This document shows, piece after piece, positions 18,550 through 27,696 of a stretch of 64,000 nucleotides of DNA. Positions within the stretch are counted from its first letter, which is position 1; every line of letters starts with the position of its first letter. The translations under genes and the position numbers were made by a program. The stretch is from positions 576,001-640,000 of the forward strand of contig CBDCRP010000003.1 of assembly GCA_965221165.1 (NCBI GenBank). Reading direction: 5' to 3'. The notes below the pieces were generated by a model. It did no database searches and was not told where the DNA came from. It saw nothing but the letters and a program-made list of their open reading frames with translations. Source of the stretch: a bacterium. GTDB lineage: Bacteria; UBA8248.

Positions 18550-19686
18550 ATGGAAGATACACCCATTAGAGGCCTCGAGGGCGTCATCGCCACCGACACG
18601 CGGATATGCGATCTCGACGGCGTGAACGGCGTTTTGGCGTATTGCGGATACGACGTGCCGGAAATGGTGCGCAAGAAAGTCACCTTCGAGGAAATCATAT
18701 ACCTCTTGTGGCACGGCGAACTGCCCACCCGCGAACGCCTGAAGGCCTTCGACGAGGCGCTCAAGGCCGAGCGTGCGCTCTCGCCCGATATGCTGCGCGC
18801 CTTGAAGCAGATACCCCCCGGCGAGCAGAGGACGGCGGCGCTCAGAGGCGGCGTCGGTATCCTGGGGCTTTTCGACCCCGAGGCGGAGGATACCTCTACG
18901 GAGGCGAACCGCAGAAAGGCGCTCCGGCTCACCGCGAAAATTCCCACCATCATCGCGGCGCAGCACCGCCTCGCGGCGGGCCTGAAACCGCTCAATCCCA
19001 GAAGAGGACTCGGGCATTCGGCGAATTTCCTCTACATGACCACGGGCGAGGCGCCCGATAAAATCGACGCCCGGGCGCTCGACGCGACTCTCGTCCTCTA
19101 CGCCGAACACGAGATCAACGCCTCCACTTTCGCGACGCGCGTCGTCACCTCCACGATGTCGGATATCTATTCCGCCGTCACGGCGGGCATCGGCGCCCTC
19201 AAGGGTCCGCTGCACGGGGGCGCGGGCCTCGCGGTGATGGAAACTTTAAGGGAAATCGGCGATATCGAGAACGTGGAGCCATTCGTCGAGGCGGCCCTCG
19301 CCAGGAAAAGACTGTTCATGGGCTTCGGCCACCGGGTGTACACCAGGAGCGGAGACCCGCGCGCGGGCGTGCTCATCGAGTTGGCCGAGGAGGTATGCCA
19401 CCGCCCCGGGCGGGAGGGCAAGTGGTTCGACATGGCGCGCGCGCTCGACCACGCGGTCCAAAGCAGAAAGGGCGTCATCCCGAACGTGGATTTCTACTCC
19501 GCTCCCCTCTGGCAGGGTCTGGGGATTCCCATGGAGTTGTTCGTTCCCATCATCGCCATGTCGAGAGTAGCCGGCTGGACGGCCAACATCCTGGAACAAC
19601 AGGCCGACAACCGTCTCATCAGACCCCGGGCGCGCTACGTCGGCCCCGCCAAGCGGCCCTACAAAACCCTCAGAAGCCGTGGCTGA
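18550..19686 (+). CDS. Citrate synthase / 2-methylcitrate synthase
   Basis: GLEGV, EHEINASTF, GPLHGGA, GFGHRVY, PNVDFY, RLIRP. Confidence 0.92.
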   Translation: MEDTPIRGLEGVIATDTRICDLDGVNGVLAYCGYDVPEMVRKKVTFEEIIYLLWHGELPTRERLKAFDEALKAERALSPDMLRALKQIPPGEQRTAALRGGVGILGLFDPEAEDTSTEANRRKALRLTAKIPTIIAAQHRLAAGLKPLNPRRGLGHSANFLYMTTGEAPDKIDARALDATLVLYAEHEINASTFATRVVTSTMSDIYSAVTAGIGALKGPLHGGAGLAVMETLREIGDIENVEPFVEAALARKRLFMGFGHRVYTRSGDPRAGVLIELAEEVCHRPGREGKWFDMARALDHAVQSRKGVIPNVDFYSAPLWQGLGIPMELFVPIIAMSRVAGWTANILEQQADNRLIRPRARYVGPAKRPYKTLRSRG

Positions 19687-21652
19687 TCCGGGTTCGGGCA
19701 GCCTCACCCAAAAGCTCCTGGACGCGCACTTCGTCTCGGGCGCCACGAGAACGCCGGGCGAGGAGGTCGAGATAAGAATCGACCAGGTGCTCTTACAGGA
19801 CGCCTCGGGTCCCACGGCCCTGCTTCATTTCGAGGCCATGGGTTTCGAGCGGGTGAAACAGAAGATAGCCGTCATGTACGCAGACCACCAGACCATCCAG
19901 GTCAACAGCCTGCACACGGACGCCCACCGCTTCATGCTCGGCTTCAGCCGAAAGCACGGCATCCATTTCTCGAAACCCGGAAACGGCATCTGCCACAACG
20001 TCCATCTGGAGGAATTCTCGGTTCCCGGCGAAAGCCTCCTGGGAACCGATTCGCACACGCCGCAGGGGGGCGCCGTGGGAATGCTCGCTATCGGCGCGGG
20101 CGGCATGGACGTGGCGACCGCCATGGCGACGGGAGCGACCATCATCCCCCGCCCCCTCATCGTCGAGGTCGCGCTGTCCGGAAAACTTAAAAACTGGGCC
20201 ACGGCGAAAGACGTCATTCTGGAGCTTTTGCGCCGTTTGGGCGCGCGCGGAGGAACCGGCAAATTCTTTGAATACACGGGCCCCGGCGTCCGCACCCTCT
20301 CGGTGCCCGAGCGCTTCACCATCGCGAGCATGGGCACCGAACTGGGCTTAACGGGAAGCATCTTCCCCAGCGATGCGCAGACCAGGGAGTTCTACGAGCG
20401 CATCAGCCGCCCCGGCGACTGGTCGCCGCAGGAGGCGGACCCGGGCGCGGCTTATGATGAAGAAATCGAACTGGATTTAGGCGAGGTCGAGCCGCTCATC
20501 GCCCTGCCCTCGCACCCTGAGAACGTGGTGCCGGTCTCGGAAACTCTCGGCACGCCGATCCACCAGGTCATCATCGGAAGCTGCACGAACGGCTCGTTCA
20601 CCGACATCGCATCTTTCGCGCAGGTGCTCAGGGGCCGCAAGGTGGCCGACGGCGTCGACGCCATCGTCTTTCCGGGCAGCAGGCAGGCGTTCGAGGAACT
20701 CGCGAGAGCGGGCCATCTGGCCGATCTCCTCTCCGCGGGCGTCTGCGTCTCGGAAGCCACGTGCGGCTCTTGCCCCGGCTACGCCCACATCCCCGCGCCG
20801 GGCATGAACTCCCTGCGCGCGTTCAACCGCAACTTCAAGGGCCGCTCGGGGCTGAACGAGGATTCGGTATATCTCGCGAGTCCCGAACTGGCCGCCGTAG
20901 CCGCTCTGCATGGGGAGATAAAAGACCCGAGAAACGAGGGAAAACCGCCCGAAATCCTGCTGCCCTACCGCTTCATGTGCGACAGGACGGGAATCGTCGC
21001 GCCGGCGGAGGAGCCGGCGGAGGTGGAAATCATCCGGGGGCCGAACATCCAACCCGTTCCGGTGGGAGAGGCTCCGGGCGATTCCTGCACCGGTGAGGTC
21101 CTCCTCAAGCTGGGCGACAACGTATCGACCGACCACATCAGTCCGGCGGGGGTCGAGGCCATCACCTACCGCACGAACATGACAGCACTGGCCGATTTCA
21201 CCTTCACGCGCGTGGACGCGACGTTCGCCTCCCGCGCGAGAGAAGCGGGCGGCGGAATCATCGTCGGGGCGAAAACCTACGGACAGGGTTCCGCCCGTGA
21301 GCAGGCGGCCATCTGCCCGATGATACTGGGAGTCCGCGCGGTCATCGCCAAGAGCTTTGCGAGAATCCACCGGGCGAACCTCATCAACTGGGGCATCCTG
21401 CCCCTCACGTTCGTCAATGAGGACGACTATGAAGAGATAGCCCAGGGGCAGAGCCTCTCCATCTCCAACATTCAGGATTCCCTCATCACGGGTCTTTTCC
21501 AAGTCGAAAATCAGGCGACGGGCCACGCTTTCGGCGCGGCGTGCGCGCTGACCGAGCGCGAGAGACGCATGCTCGCTGCGGGCGGTGCGCTCGCCCTCGC
21601 CCGCATCGAAGGGAGTGGCTCCCCACCGGCCCAAACGCAGGACGGCTCCTGA
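19679..21652 (+). CDS. Aconitate hydratase-family [4Fe-4S] enzyme (single-chain, about 650 aa type)
   Basis: QD, DH, GNGICH, DSHT, IGSCTN, CGSCPG, NRNFKGR, STDHISPAG, YGQGSARE. Confidence 0.9.
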   Translation: MADPGSGSLTQKLLDAHFVSGATRTPGEEVEIRIDQVLLQDASGPTALLHFEAMGFERVKQKIAVMYADHQTIQVNSLHTDAHRFMLGFSRKHGIHFSKPGNGICHNVHLEEFSVPGESLLGTDSHTPQGGAVGMLAIGAGGMDVATAMATGATIIPRPLIVEVALSGKLKNWATAKDVILELLRRLGARGGTGKFFEYTGPGVRTLSVPERFTIASMGTELGLTGSIFPSDAQTREFYERISRPGDWSPQEADPGAAYDEEIELDLGEVEPLIALPSHPENVVPVSETLGTPIHQVIIGSCTNGSFTDIASFAQVLRGRKVADGVDAIVFPGSRQAFEELARAGHLADLLSAGVCVSEATCGSCPGYAHIPAPGMNSLRAFNRNFKGRSGLNEDSVYLASPELAAVAALHGEIKDPRNEGKPPEILLPYRFMCDRTGIVAPAEEPAEVEIIRGPNIQPVPVGEAPGDSCTGEVLLKLGDNVSTDHISPAGVEAITYRTNMTALADFTFTRVDATFASRAREAGGGIIVGAKTYGQGSAREQAAICPMILGVRAVIAKSFARIHRANLINWGILPLTFVNEDDYEEIAQGQSLSISNIQDSLITGLFQVENQATGHAFGAACALTERERRMLAAGGALALARIEGSGSPPAQTQDGS

Positions 21653-21653
21653 C

Positions 21654-22802
21654 ATGAGACAGATGAAATATCCGGCGGTCTTCATGCGCGGGGGCACGAG
21701 CCGCGCCATCGTCTTTCACGAAAAAGACCTTCCAAAAGATCAAGCCGAGCGAGACGCCATATTCCTGAAAGCCTTAGGCAGTCCCGACACGAACGGACGC
21801 CAGCTCGACGGCCTGGGGGGCGGAATCTCGTCACTCAGCAAAATCGCGGTCGTAGCCCCCTCTGCGCGTGCGGACGCGGACGTGGATTTCACCTTCGCGC
21901 AGGTGAGCGTTACCGAAGAAATCGTGGACTACGTCGGCACCTGCGGGAACATATCGAGCGCCGTGGGGCCCTTCGCCGTGGACGAGGGGCTGGTGCGTGT
22001 GGATGAGGGCGGGACTGCCGTCGTCCGCGTCTACAACACGAACACGGGAAAGACTTACCACGCCCGTTTTCCGGTGGAAGACGGCGCGGCCGGCGTGAAC
22101 GGATCGTTCGAGCTGCCCGGCGTTTCGGGGACCGGAGCGAGAATCACCCTCGAATTCATGGACCCGGGAGGGGCCGCCACCGGAAAGCTCCTGCCTTCGG
22201 GGAACGCGGTCGACCTCTTCGAGATCGAGGGGGTGGGGAAAATCGAGGTGAGCATGGTGGACGCGACCAACCCGATGGTATTCCTCCGCGCGAAGGACGT
22301 AGGGCTATCCGGCGGAGAGGGCCCGGGCCTCATCGACAGCCGGGTCGAGGTGATGGTGAATTTAGAGCAGATTCGCGCCGAGGCCGCGGTGCGCATGGGG
22401 CTTGCGCGCGACAGGAGAGAGGCTTCCGAGAGCATACAGGCGGTGCCGAAGGTGGTCCTCGTAGCGCCTCCCGTGGAATACATGAACCTGAAGGGCGAGG
22501 TCGTCCCGGCGGACGCCTGCGACATCGTGGGCCGCATCATCTCGATGGGCAAGACCCACCGCGCCTTCGCGCTCACGGGCGCGATGTGCCTCGCCGTGGC
22601 CGCGCGGGTCCCCGGCACCGTGGTGCACGAGGCCGCCCGAAGCGGGGACGGCGACATACGCCTCGGACACCCCTCGGGCGTGCAGACGGTGAACGCCGAA
22701 GTCACGAACACGCCCCAGGGAGTCAAGGCCGAAAAGGTGATCGTCTACCGCACGGCGAGAAGGCTCATGGAAGGCATGGTCTGCGTGCCCGCGACCCGTT
22801 GA
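21654..22802 (+). CDS. PrpF family isomerase/tautomerase
   Basis: MRGGTSR, QLDGLGGGISSLSK, TCGNISSAVG, SMGKTH, HPSG, RTARRLMEG. Confidence 0.92.
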   Translation: MRQMKYPAVFMRGGTSRAIVFHEKDLPKDQAERDAIFLKALGSPDTNGRQLDGLGGGISSLSKIAVVAPSARADADVDFTFAQVSVTEEIVDYVGTCGNISSAVGPFAVDEGLVRVDEGGTAVVRVYNTNTGKTYHARFPVEDGAAGVNGSFELPGVSGTGARITLEFMDPGGAATGKLLPSGNAVDLFEIEGVGKIEVSMVDATNPMVFLRAKDVGLSGGEGPGLIDSRVEVMVNLEQIRAEAAVRMGLARDRREASESIQAVPKVVLVAPPVEYMNLKGEVVPADACDIVGRIISMGKTHRAFALTGAMCLAVAARVPGTVVHEAARSGDGDIRLGHPSGVQTVNAEVTNTPQGVKAEKVIVYRTARRLMEGMVCVPATR

Positions 22803-22877
22803 AAGTTGATTTTTTTTGATACATTACACATTCAAAAAAGTGGACCATTTCATCGTCTCATTCGGGGAGAGAACAAG

Positions 22878-23381
22878 ATGAAAAAAATGCTTGTCCCGGC
22901 ATTATGTTTCCTGTTTTCCATGGCGTTGGCGTCGGCGTCTTCGGCGGCGGACCTGAAGGTCTCCTTAATGGATTCGGCATGGAACGGCTCAGCCGTGCCC
23001 GACAAGGGAATCTGTAAATACAAGGATGGAGAAGGAATGTCACCGGCCCTCAGAATCTCCAACATTCCCGCCGGAGCGGCGAAAGTGGAGCTTCACTTCA
23101 CGGATGAGGATTGGGATTCCGAGGGTTTTCACGGGGTAGTGGCCGTCAAGGTTCCCGCCGGCGGCAAGAGCGTGGACGTCCCTTCCTTCGAGGGCGAAAC
23201 CCCTAAATTGCCCTCCGGCATCGAATCAATCCGGTCTCATGGATGTTTCGATTGCGATTCGGGAGCGTATCTGGGCCCATGCTCCGGCGGCCGGGACCAC
23301 ACCTATACCGTATATGTCTACGCCATGGATGCGAAAGGCGAGACACTCGCGAAAGGAGAGTTGACGCTCGGCAGCTACTAA
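22878..23381 (+). CDS. Secreted YbhB/YbcL (PEBP)-like protein
   Basis: Signal peptide; SPAL.ISNIPAGA, FTDED, YLGPCSGGRDHTY. Confidence 0.7.
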   Translation: MKKMLVPALCFLFSMALASASSAADLKVSLMDSAWNGSAVPDKGICKYKDGEGMSPALRISNIPAGAAKVELHFTDEDWDSEGFHGVVAVKVPAGGKSVDVPSFEGETPKLPSGIESIRSHGCFDCDSGAYLGPCSGGRDHTYTVYVYAMDAKGETLAKGELTLGSY

Positions 23382-23496
23382 AACAAACGGATTAGATTCC
23401 GGCACATCGAGCGAGGAGCGCTCCGTTTTCCCGCAACGCTCCTTCGCCGAAGAATGGCGGGTTTGAGCGGGAACTATCATCCCCGTTTCTTCTGGC

Positions 23497-24372
23497 CTAC
23501 CTCCTCTCTCCCGTCACGAGCCACACGCCCGTCGCCGTCAGGGCGGCGCCGATAAGCAGATGCCATCCCAACCGCTCGCCCAGGTAGAGGGCGCTTCCCA
23601 CCACGCCGACGATAGGCGTCATGAAGAAGAACACCGATATTTTGGCTGGCGAATAGCGGAGCAGCAGATGGCCCCAGTAGGCCAGCAGAAGCGCGCTCGC
23701 AATCACGCCCATGTAAAACACCGCGAAAATCTGCGCGCCGCCGAAATGCGTGACCCCGAAATTGGGCTGAGAGAAAGACAGGAGAAAATAGGTCGGCGCT
23801 CCGATGAGCATGGCCCATCTGGCGATCGAGGTAACGTCGGAATTTCCGAGATACCGGCGGTAGTGGATCGTTTGCGTCGCCCATCCGGCGGCGGCGATCA
23901 GGATGTAGGAATCAGCCTGTAAGGAGCCTCCCGCTTCCAGGCTGTTCGAGAACACCGTCACGGTGCCCGCCATCGCCGTGGCGAAGCCCAGCGCCCGCAC
24001 GAGGGTGATGCGCTCGCCTGTGAGAAACGCGGCGCTCAGGAGCATCACCCAGACGGGTTGCGAGTAGAGCAGCACCGAGGCGCGCGCGGCGGCGGTTCCG
24101 AACATCCCCTGGTAGAGGAACCAGATATAGACGTTGTGCATGAGGGCGTTCAGGATGCGGTGGCCCTTCTCCTTCCAGGGGTCGTGGTGGGTTACCCTGT
24201 CGGGAATGCGCATCAGCAGCCTGTAGAGCGTGAGTGTCAAGACCCCCGTGCAGCAGCGCATCCATATCATGGCGTAGGGGGTGATGCCCGCGTAGGCGCC
24301 CTTGATGACGGGCTGCGCCATGCCCCACACCATCGTGAGGAGCAGCGAGCCCAGCACCAGTTCGAGCGTCAT
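23497..24372 (-). CDS. EamA/DMT family transporter
   Basis: WG...P.IK, LLYSQPVW, GERIT, LGERL. Confidence 0.88.
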   Translation of the reverse strand: MTLELVLGSLLLTMVWGMAQPVIKGAYAGITPYAMIWMRCCTGVLTLTLYRLLMRIPDRVTHHDPWKEKGHRILNALMHNVYIWFLYQGMFGTAAARASVLLYSQPVWVMLLSAAFLTGERITLVRALGFATAMAGTVTVFSNSLEAGGSLQADSYILIAAAGWATQTIHYRRYLGNSDVTSIARWAMLIGAPTYFLLSFSQPNFGVTHFGGAQIFAVFYMGVIASALLLAYWGHLLLRYSPAKISVFFFMTPIVGVVGSALYLGERLGWHLLIGAALTATGVWLVTGERR

Positions 24373-24413
24373 GCCCCCATCGGTGGATGATTTCGGGGAG
24401 GCCGGGCGGCTGG

Positions 24414-24851
24414 TCAATCGCTCTCCCCGGAAGCGCTGGGCCGCTCGCATATTTCGATCCGAATGTTCTCGGGCCCCTTGATGAAGGCGATCATGCGGCC
24501 TCCCACGCCCGCGGCCACGGGCGGCATCGAAACCTCCGCGCCGCGTTCTTCCAAGCGGGCGACGCTCGCCGCCACGTCATCCACCGCGACGCCCAGATGG
24601 TCGAGGCCGTGCGTCAGCGCGGGCGCTACGGCGTCTGGTTCATCGCCTGCGCGGTATCCCCTGATACGCAAATCCCCCTCCCCGAGTTTGTAGATGGCGT
24701 AGGGTGCGCCCTTGAATTCTTCTTCGTAGGAGATGAGCTCCAGTTCAAAGATATTCTCAAAGAAATCCGCCATCGCGCGGACGTCGCGCGTCAGGAAGTG
24801 TACGTGGTCGTACCTGAATTCCACTTGAAACCCTTTTTTGTGATTTTTCAT
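24414..24851 (-). CDS. VOC/glyoxalase family protein
   Basis: DHVHF, GLDHLGV, AFIKGPENIRIE; start codon uncertain. Confidence 0.85.
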   Translation of the reverse strand: MKNHKKGFQVEFRYDHVHFLTRDVRAMADFFENIFELELISYEEEFKGAPYAIYKLGEGDLRIRGYRAGDEPDAVAPALTHGLDHLGVAVDDVAASVARLEERGAEVSMPPVAAGVGGRMIAFIKGPENIRIEICERPSASGESD

Positions 24852-24938
24852 TTTTCCGCACTCGTATTACGCTGAACCGAGAATCCCACAGGAAGCGCCA
24901 CCAACACAAACGATTTTCACTTATCAAAAAGGAACCCC

Positions 24939-25850
24939 ATGCCGAAAACAAAAATCACAGGATGCGAACACCGGGCGCATCACGACGGGGCCGATCTGTT
25001 CTTGTGGAGAAAGCGAAAAGCGGGGCCGGAAAAACCGCGAGGCGTCGTCCTCCTCGCGCACGGCTCGTCCATGGCCTCCACGCCCACTTTCGATCTTCAG
25101 GTGAAAAGCCGGCCCGAATACTCCCTGATGGACTATCTCGCCGAGCGCGGCTACGACGTCTGGTGCGTGGATTGCGAGGGTTACGGCAGATCCACCAAGA
25201 CCAGACGCGTCTCCAGCGGGATCGAGCGCGGCGCAAGGGACCTCCTGGCGGCGGTGAACGAGATCCGGCGAGTCACCAGAAAGAGCGCGCTTCACCTCTA
25301 CGGCATTTCATCCGGCGCGCTGCGGGCCGCTCTTTTCGCGCAGAAAAACCCCGGGCGCGTGAAGCGGCTGATTCTCGACGCTTTCGTATGGACGGGCGAA
25401 GGAAGCCCGACCCTCGCGGTGAGAAGCAAGCGCTTCCAGGGCGTGGCCTCCACGTCGAGAAGACCCGTCGATCCGGCCTTCATCAAGAGCATCTTCACGC
25501 GCGATCATCCCGGCACGGCGTACCGCGACGTCATCGATGAATTCGCAAAAGCCATCTGCGCGCTCGACGACACGATTCCCAACGGCACGTATATCGACAT
25601 GTGCGAGCGCCTGCCGCTGGTGAACCCCAAGAAGATCACCGCTTCGGTGATGATTACGCGCGGGCAGTTCGACGGCATCGCCCATCTCGACGATCTGCTG
25701 GAATTCTTCAGGCTGCTGCCGAACCCGGACAAGCAGTTCGTCATGATGCCCGGCATCGCCCACGCCAGCCTGCAGGAGAAGAACCACGGAATCGTCTATT
25801 ATCTCATCGAGCGGTTTTTCAGCCAGCCGGACCCGATTTTCAAGGGCTGA
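24939..25850 (+). CDS. Alpha/beta fold hydrolase
   Basis: LAHGSS, DCEGYGRS, GISSG nucleophile, GQFDG, GIAH. Confidence 0.88.
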   Translation: MPKTKITGCEHRAHHDGADLFLWRKRKAGPEKPRGVVLLAHGSSMASTPTFDLQVKSRPEYSLMDYLAERGYDVWCVDCEGYGRSTKTRRVSSGIERGARDLLAAVNEIRRVTRKSALHLYGISSGALRAALFAQKNPGRVKRLILDAFVWTGEGSPTLAVRSKRFQGVASTSRRPVDPAFIKSIFTRDHPGTAYRDVIDEFAKAICALDDTIPNGTYIDMCERLPLVNPKKITASVMITRGQFDGIAHLDDLLEFFRLLPNPDKQFVMMPGIAHASLQEKNHGIVYYLIERFFSQPDPIFKG

Positions 25851-26020
25851 AGTCCTGGATGACCGAGAATCCGCGGGCTTCGCCGAACCCCGCCCCTCGC
25901 TTGATTCGGGCGGGGCAATGGGGCTAGATTAAGGCCATCTAATCTTACAGATGGCAGGGGCGAGGACGCCCCCATCGAAAGGCGAACGAATTCTTATCCC
26001 TCAAGCAGAAAGGCGCTTCC

Positions 26021-26842
26021 ATGGAAACCCAAAACTGGTATTCCGTAAACGAATTCGCACCGAACAGCTACCAAATCACCGAGGGCGGCCGCTTCAACAT
26101 GCTCCTCCTGGTGGGAGACGACAAGGCGGTCGCCATCGACGGCGGCATCGGCATCGCGAATTTGAGGAAACTCTACGAGAGCATCACGGACAAGCCCATC
26201 GACTTCATCGCCACCCACACGCACTGGGATCACCTGGGCGCGGCTTCGCAATGGGAGAAAATAGGCGTTCACCCCGTCGGCAAGAGCCTACTCGCCAACG
26301 ATTTCTCGAAACTCGAACAAGGCTTCTTGAACATGTGGAAGAACAACGGGAACACCTTCCCCGAGTGGTTCGACGAGGCGGCCTACACCATCAAGCCCGC
26401 CACGTTCGGCTGGACGCTCGATGAGGGCGACACCTTCGACTTGGGGAACAGGAAGTTTCACGCCTACTACACGCCCGGTCACTCGCCGTGCAGCATCTCG
26501 CTCTATGACGAGCGCGAGAAGATTCTCGTCTCGGGCGATCTGATTCGCTGTGAGGAATACCTCTTTCTCCAGGTGCCCACGGCGGTGCTCTCCGATTATG
26601 CGCCCTCGCTGCGCAAGCTCGAGAAAGTCGCTGCGGAGAACGAGGTGCGCTGGATCACATCGGGTCATACCGACCCCTATCCGGATTCTTCCATCATCGG
26701 CGAGATGGCGCAGAACATGGAGGACTTGGAGGCGGGGGTGCACGACCCGCCCGCCAAGGTGGACGGCGGCATGTGGGGCGAGGTGGACGAGTACGTGTTC
26801 CCCCGCGTCAAGGTGTGGATTCAGGATCACGCGAGAAAGTAA
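26021..26842 (+). CDS. MBL-fold metallo-hydrolase
   Basis: THTHWDH, TPGHS, SGD, SGH. Confidence 0.9.
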   Translation: METQNWYSVNEFAPNSYQITEGGRFNMLLLVGDDKAVAIDGGIGIANLRKLYESITDKPIDFIATHTHWDHLGAASQWEKIGVHPVGKSLLANDFSKLEQGFLNMWKNNGNTFPEWFDEAAYTIKPATFGWTLDEGDTFDLGNRKFHAYYTPGHSPCSISLYDEREKILVSGDLIRCEEYLFLQVPTAVLSDYAPSLRKLEKVAAENEVRWITSGHTDPYPDSSIIGEMAQNMEDLEAGVHDPPAKVDGGMWGEVDEYVFPRVKVWIQDHARK

Positions 26843-26861
26843 CCCGAATAGACGAGACGCC

Positions 26862-27680
26862 ATGGACACGCAAGACTGGTATGAGGTCATCGAGTTCGCG
26901 CCGGGCGCCTATCAGATATCAGAGGCCGGGCGGTGGAACATGTTCCTCCTCGTGGGAGAGGAGAAGGCCCTCTCGCTCGACGGCGGAATCGGCGTGGGCA
27001 GCGTCCGCAGGCTATGCGAGTCGATTACCGACCTGCCTGTGGAGCACGTCTTGACCCACACGCACTGGGATCACGTGGGCGCGGTGCATGAATGGGAGTC
27101 GGTGGGTGTTCACCCGAACGGCAAGGATAAGCTGGCGAACGACTACACCGCGGGTTGCCGCGATTTCGTCAAAACCTGGGACGGCAAACCCTTTCCCGAA
27201 AGGTTCGACCCCGATACCTTCACCATACCGCCCGGAAAGTTCGGCTGGGCGGTGTCCGAAGGCGACACAATCGACCTCGGCGGCAGGAAAATTCATGTCT
27301 ACGACACGCCGGGCCACTCGCCGTGCAGCATCTCCTTTTATGACGAGAAAGAGCGCGTGCTTATCACAGGCGATCTGGTGAAGCCCGGCCAGCCGCTGTT
27401 CATTCAGGTGCCGACGGCCGTCTTGTCCGAATATGGACCCACGATGCGGAGGCTGGAGAAAATCGCGGTGGAAAACGACGCGAAATTCGTCTGCTCGGGC
27501 CATACCGACCCGTGCGAGGATATCGCCGTCATCGGGCGAATGGCGCGGTTCGTGGAGGAAGTGGCGGCGGGCGAACACGACCCGCCCGCCAAGGTGGAAG
27601 CCGGCAAGTGGGGCGTGGTCGATGAGTACGTCGCGGATGGTTTCAAGGTATGGACGAACGATAATGCGAGAAGAAAATAG
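26862..27680 (+). CDS. MBL-fold metallo-hydrolase (tandem paralogue)
   Basis: MDTQDWY parallels METQNWY; THTHWDH, TPGHSPCSIS, TGD, SGHTDP. Confidence 0.9.
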   Translation: MDTQDWYEVIEFAPGAYQISEAGRWNMFLLVGEEKALSLDGGIGVGSVRRLCESITDLPVEHVLTHTHWDHVGAVHEWESVGVHPNGKDKLANDYTAGCRDFVKTWDGKPFPERFDPDTFTIPPGKFGWAVSEGDTIDLGGRKIHVYDTPGHSPCSISFYDEKERVLITGDLVKPGQPLFIQVPTAVLSEYGPTMRRLEKIAVENDAKFVCSGHTDPCEDIAVIGRMARFVEEVAAGEHDPPAKVEAGKWGVVDEYVADGFKVWTNDNARRK

Positions 27681-27696
27681 CGGAGGGTAGATTCAA

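Noticed and set aside
26550-26861. N-terminal extension of the second MBL ORF (and the similar extension 32496-33083 of the second TauE)
   Set aside because: Overlaps the upstream paralogue in another frame; paralogue alignment places the starts at 26862 and 33084
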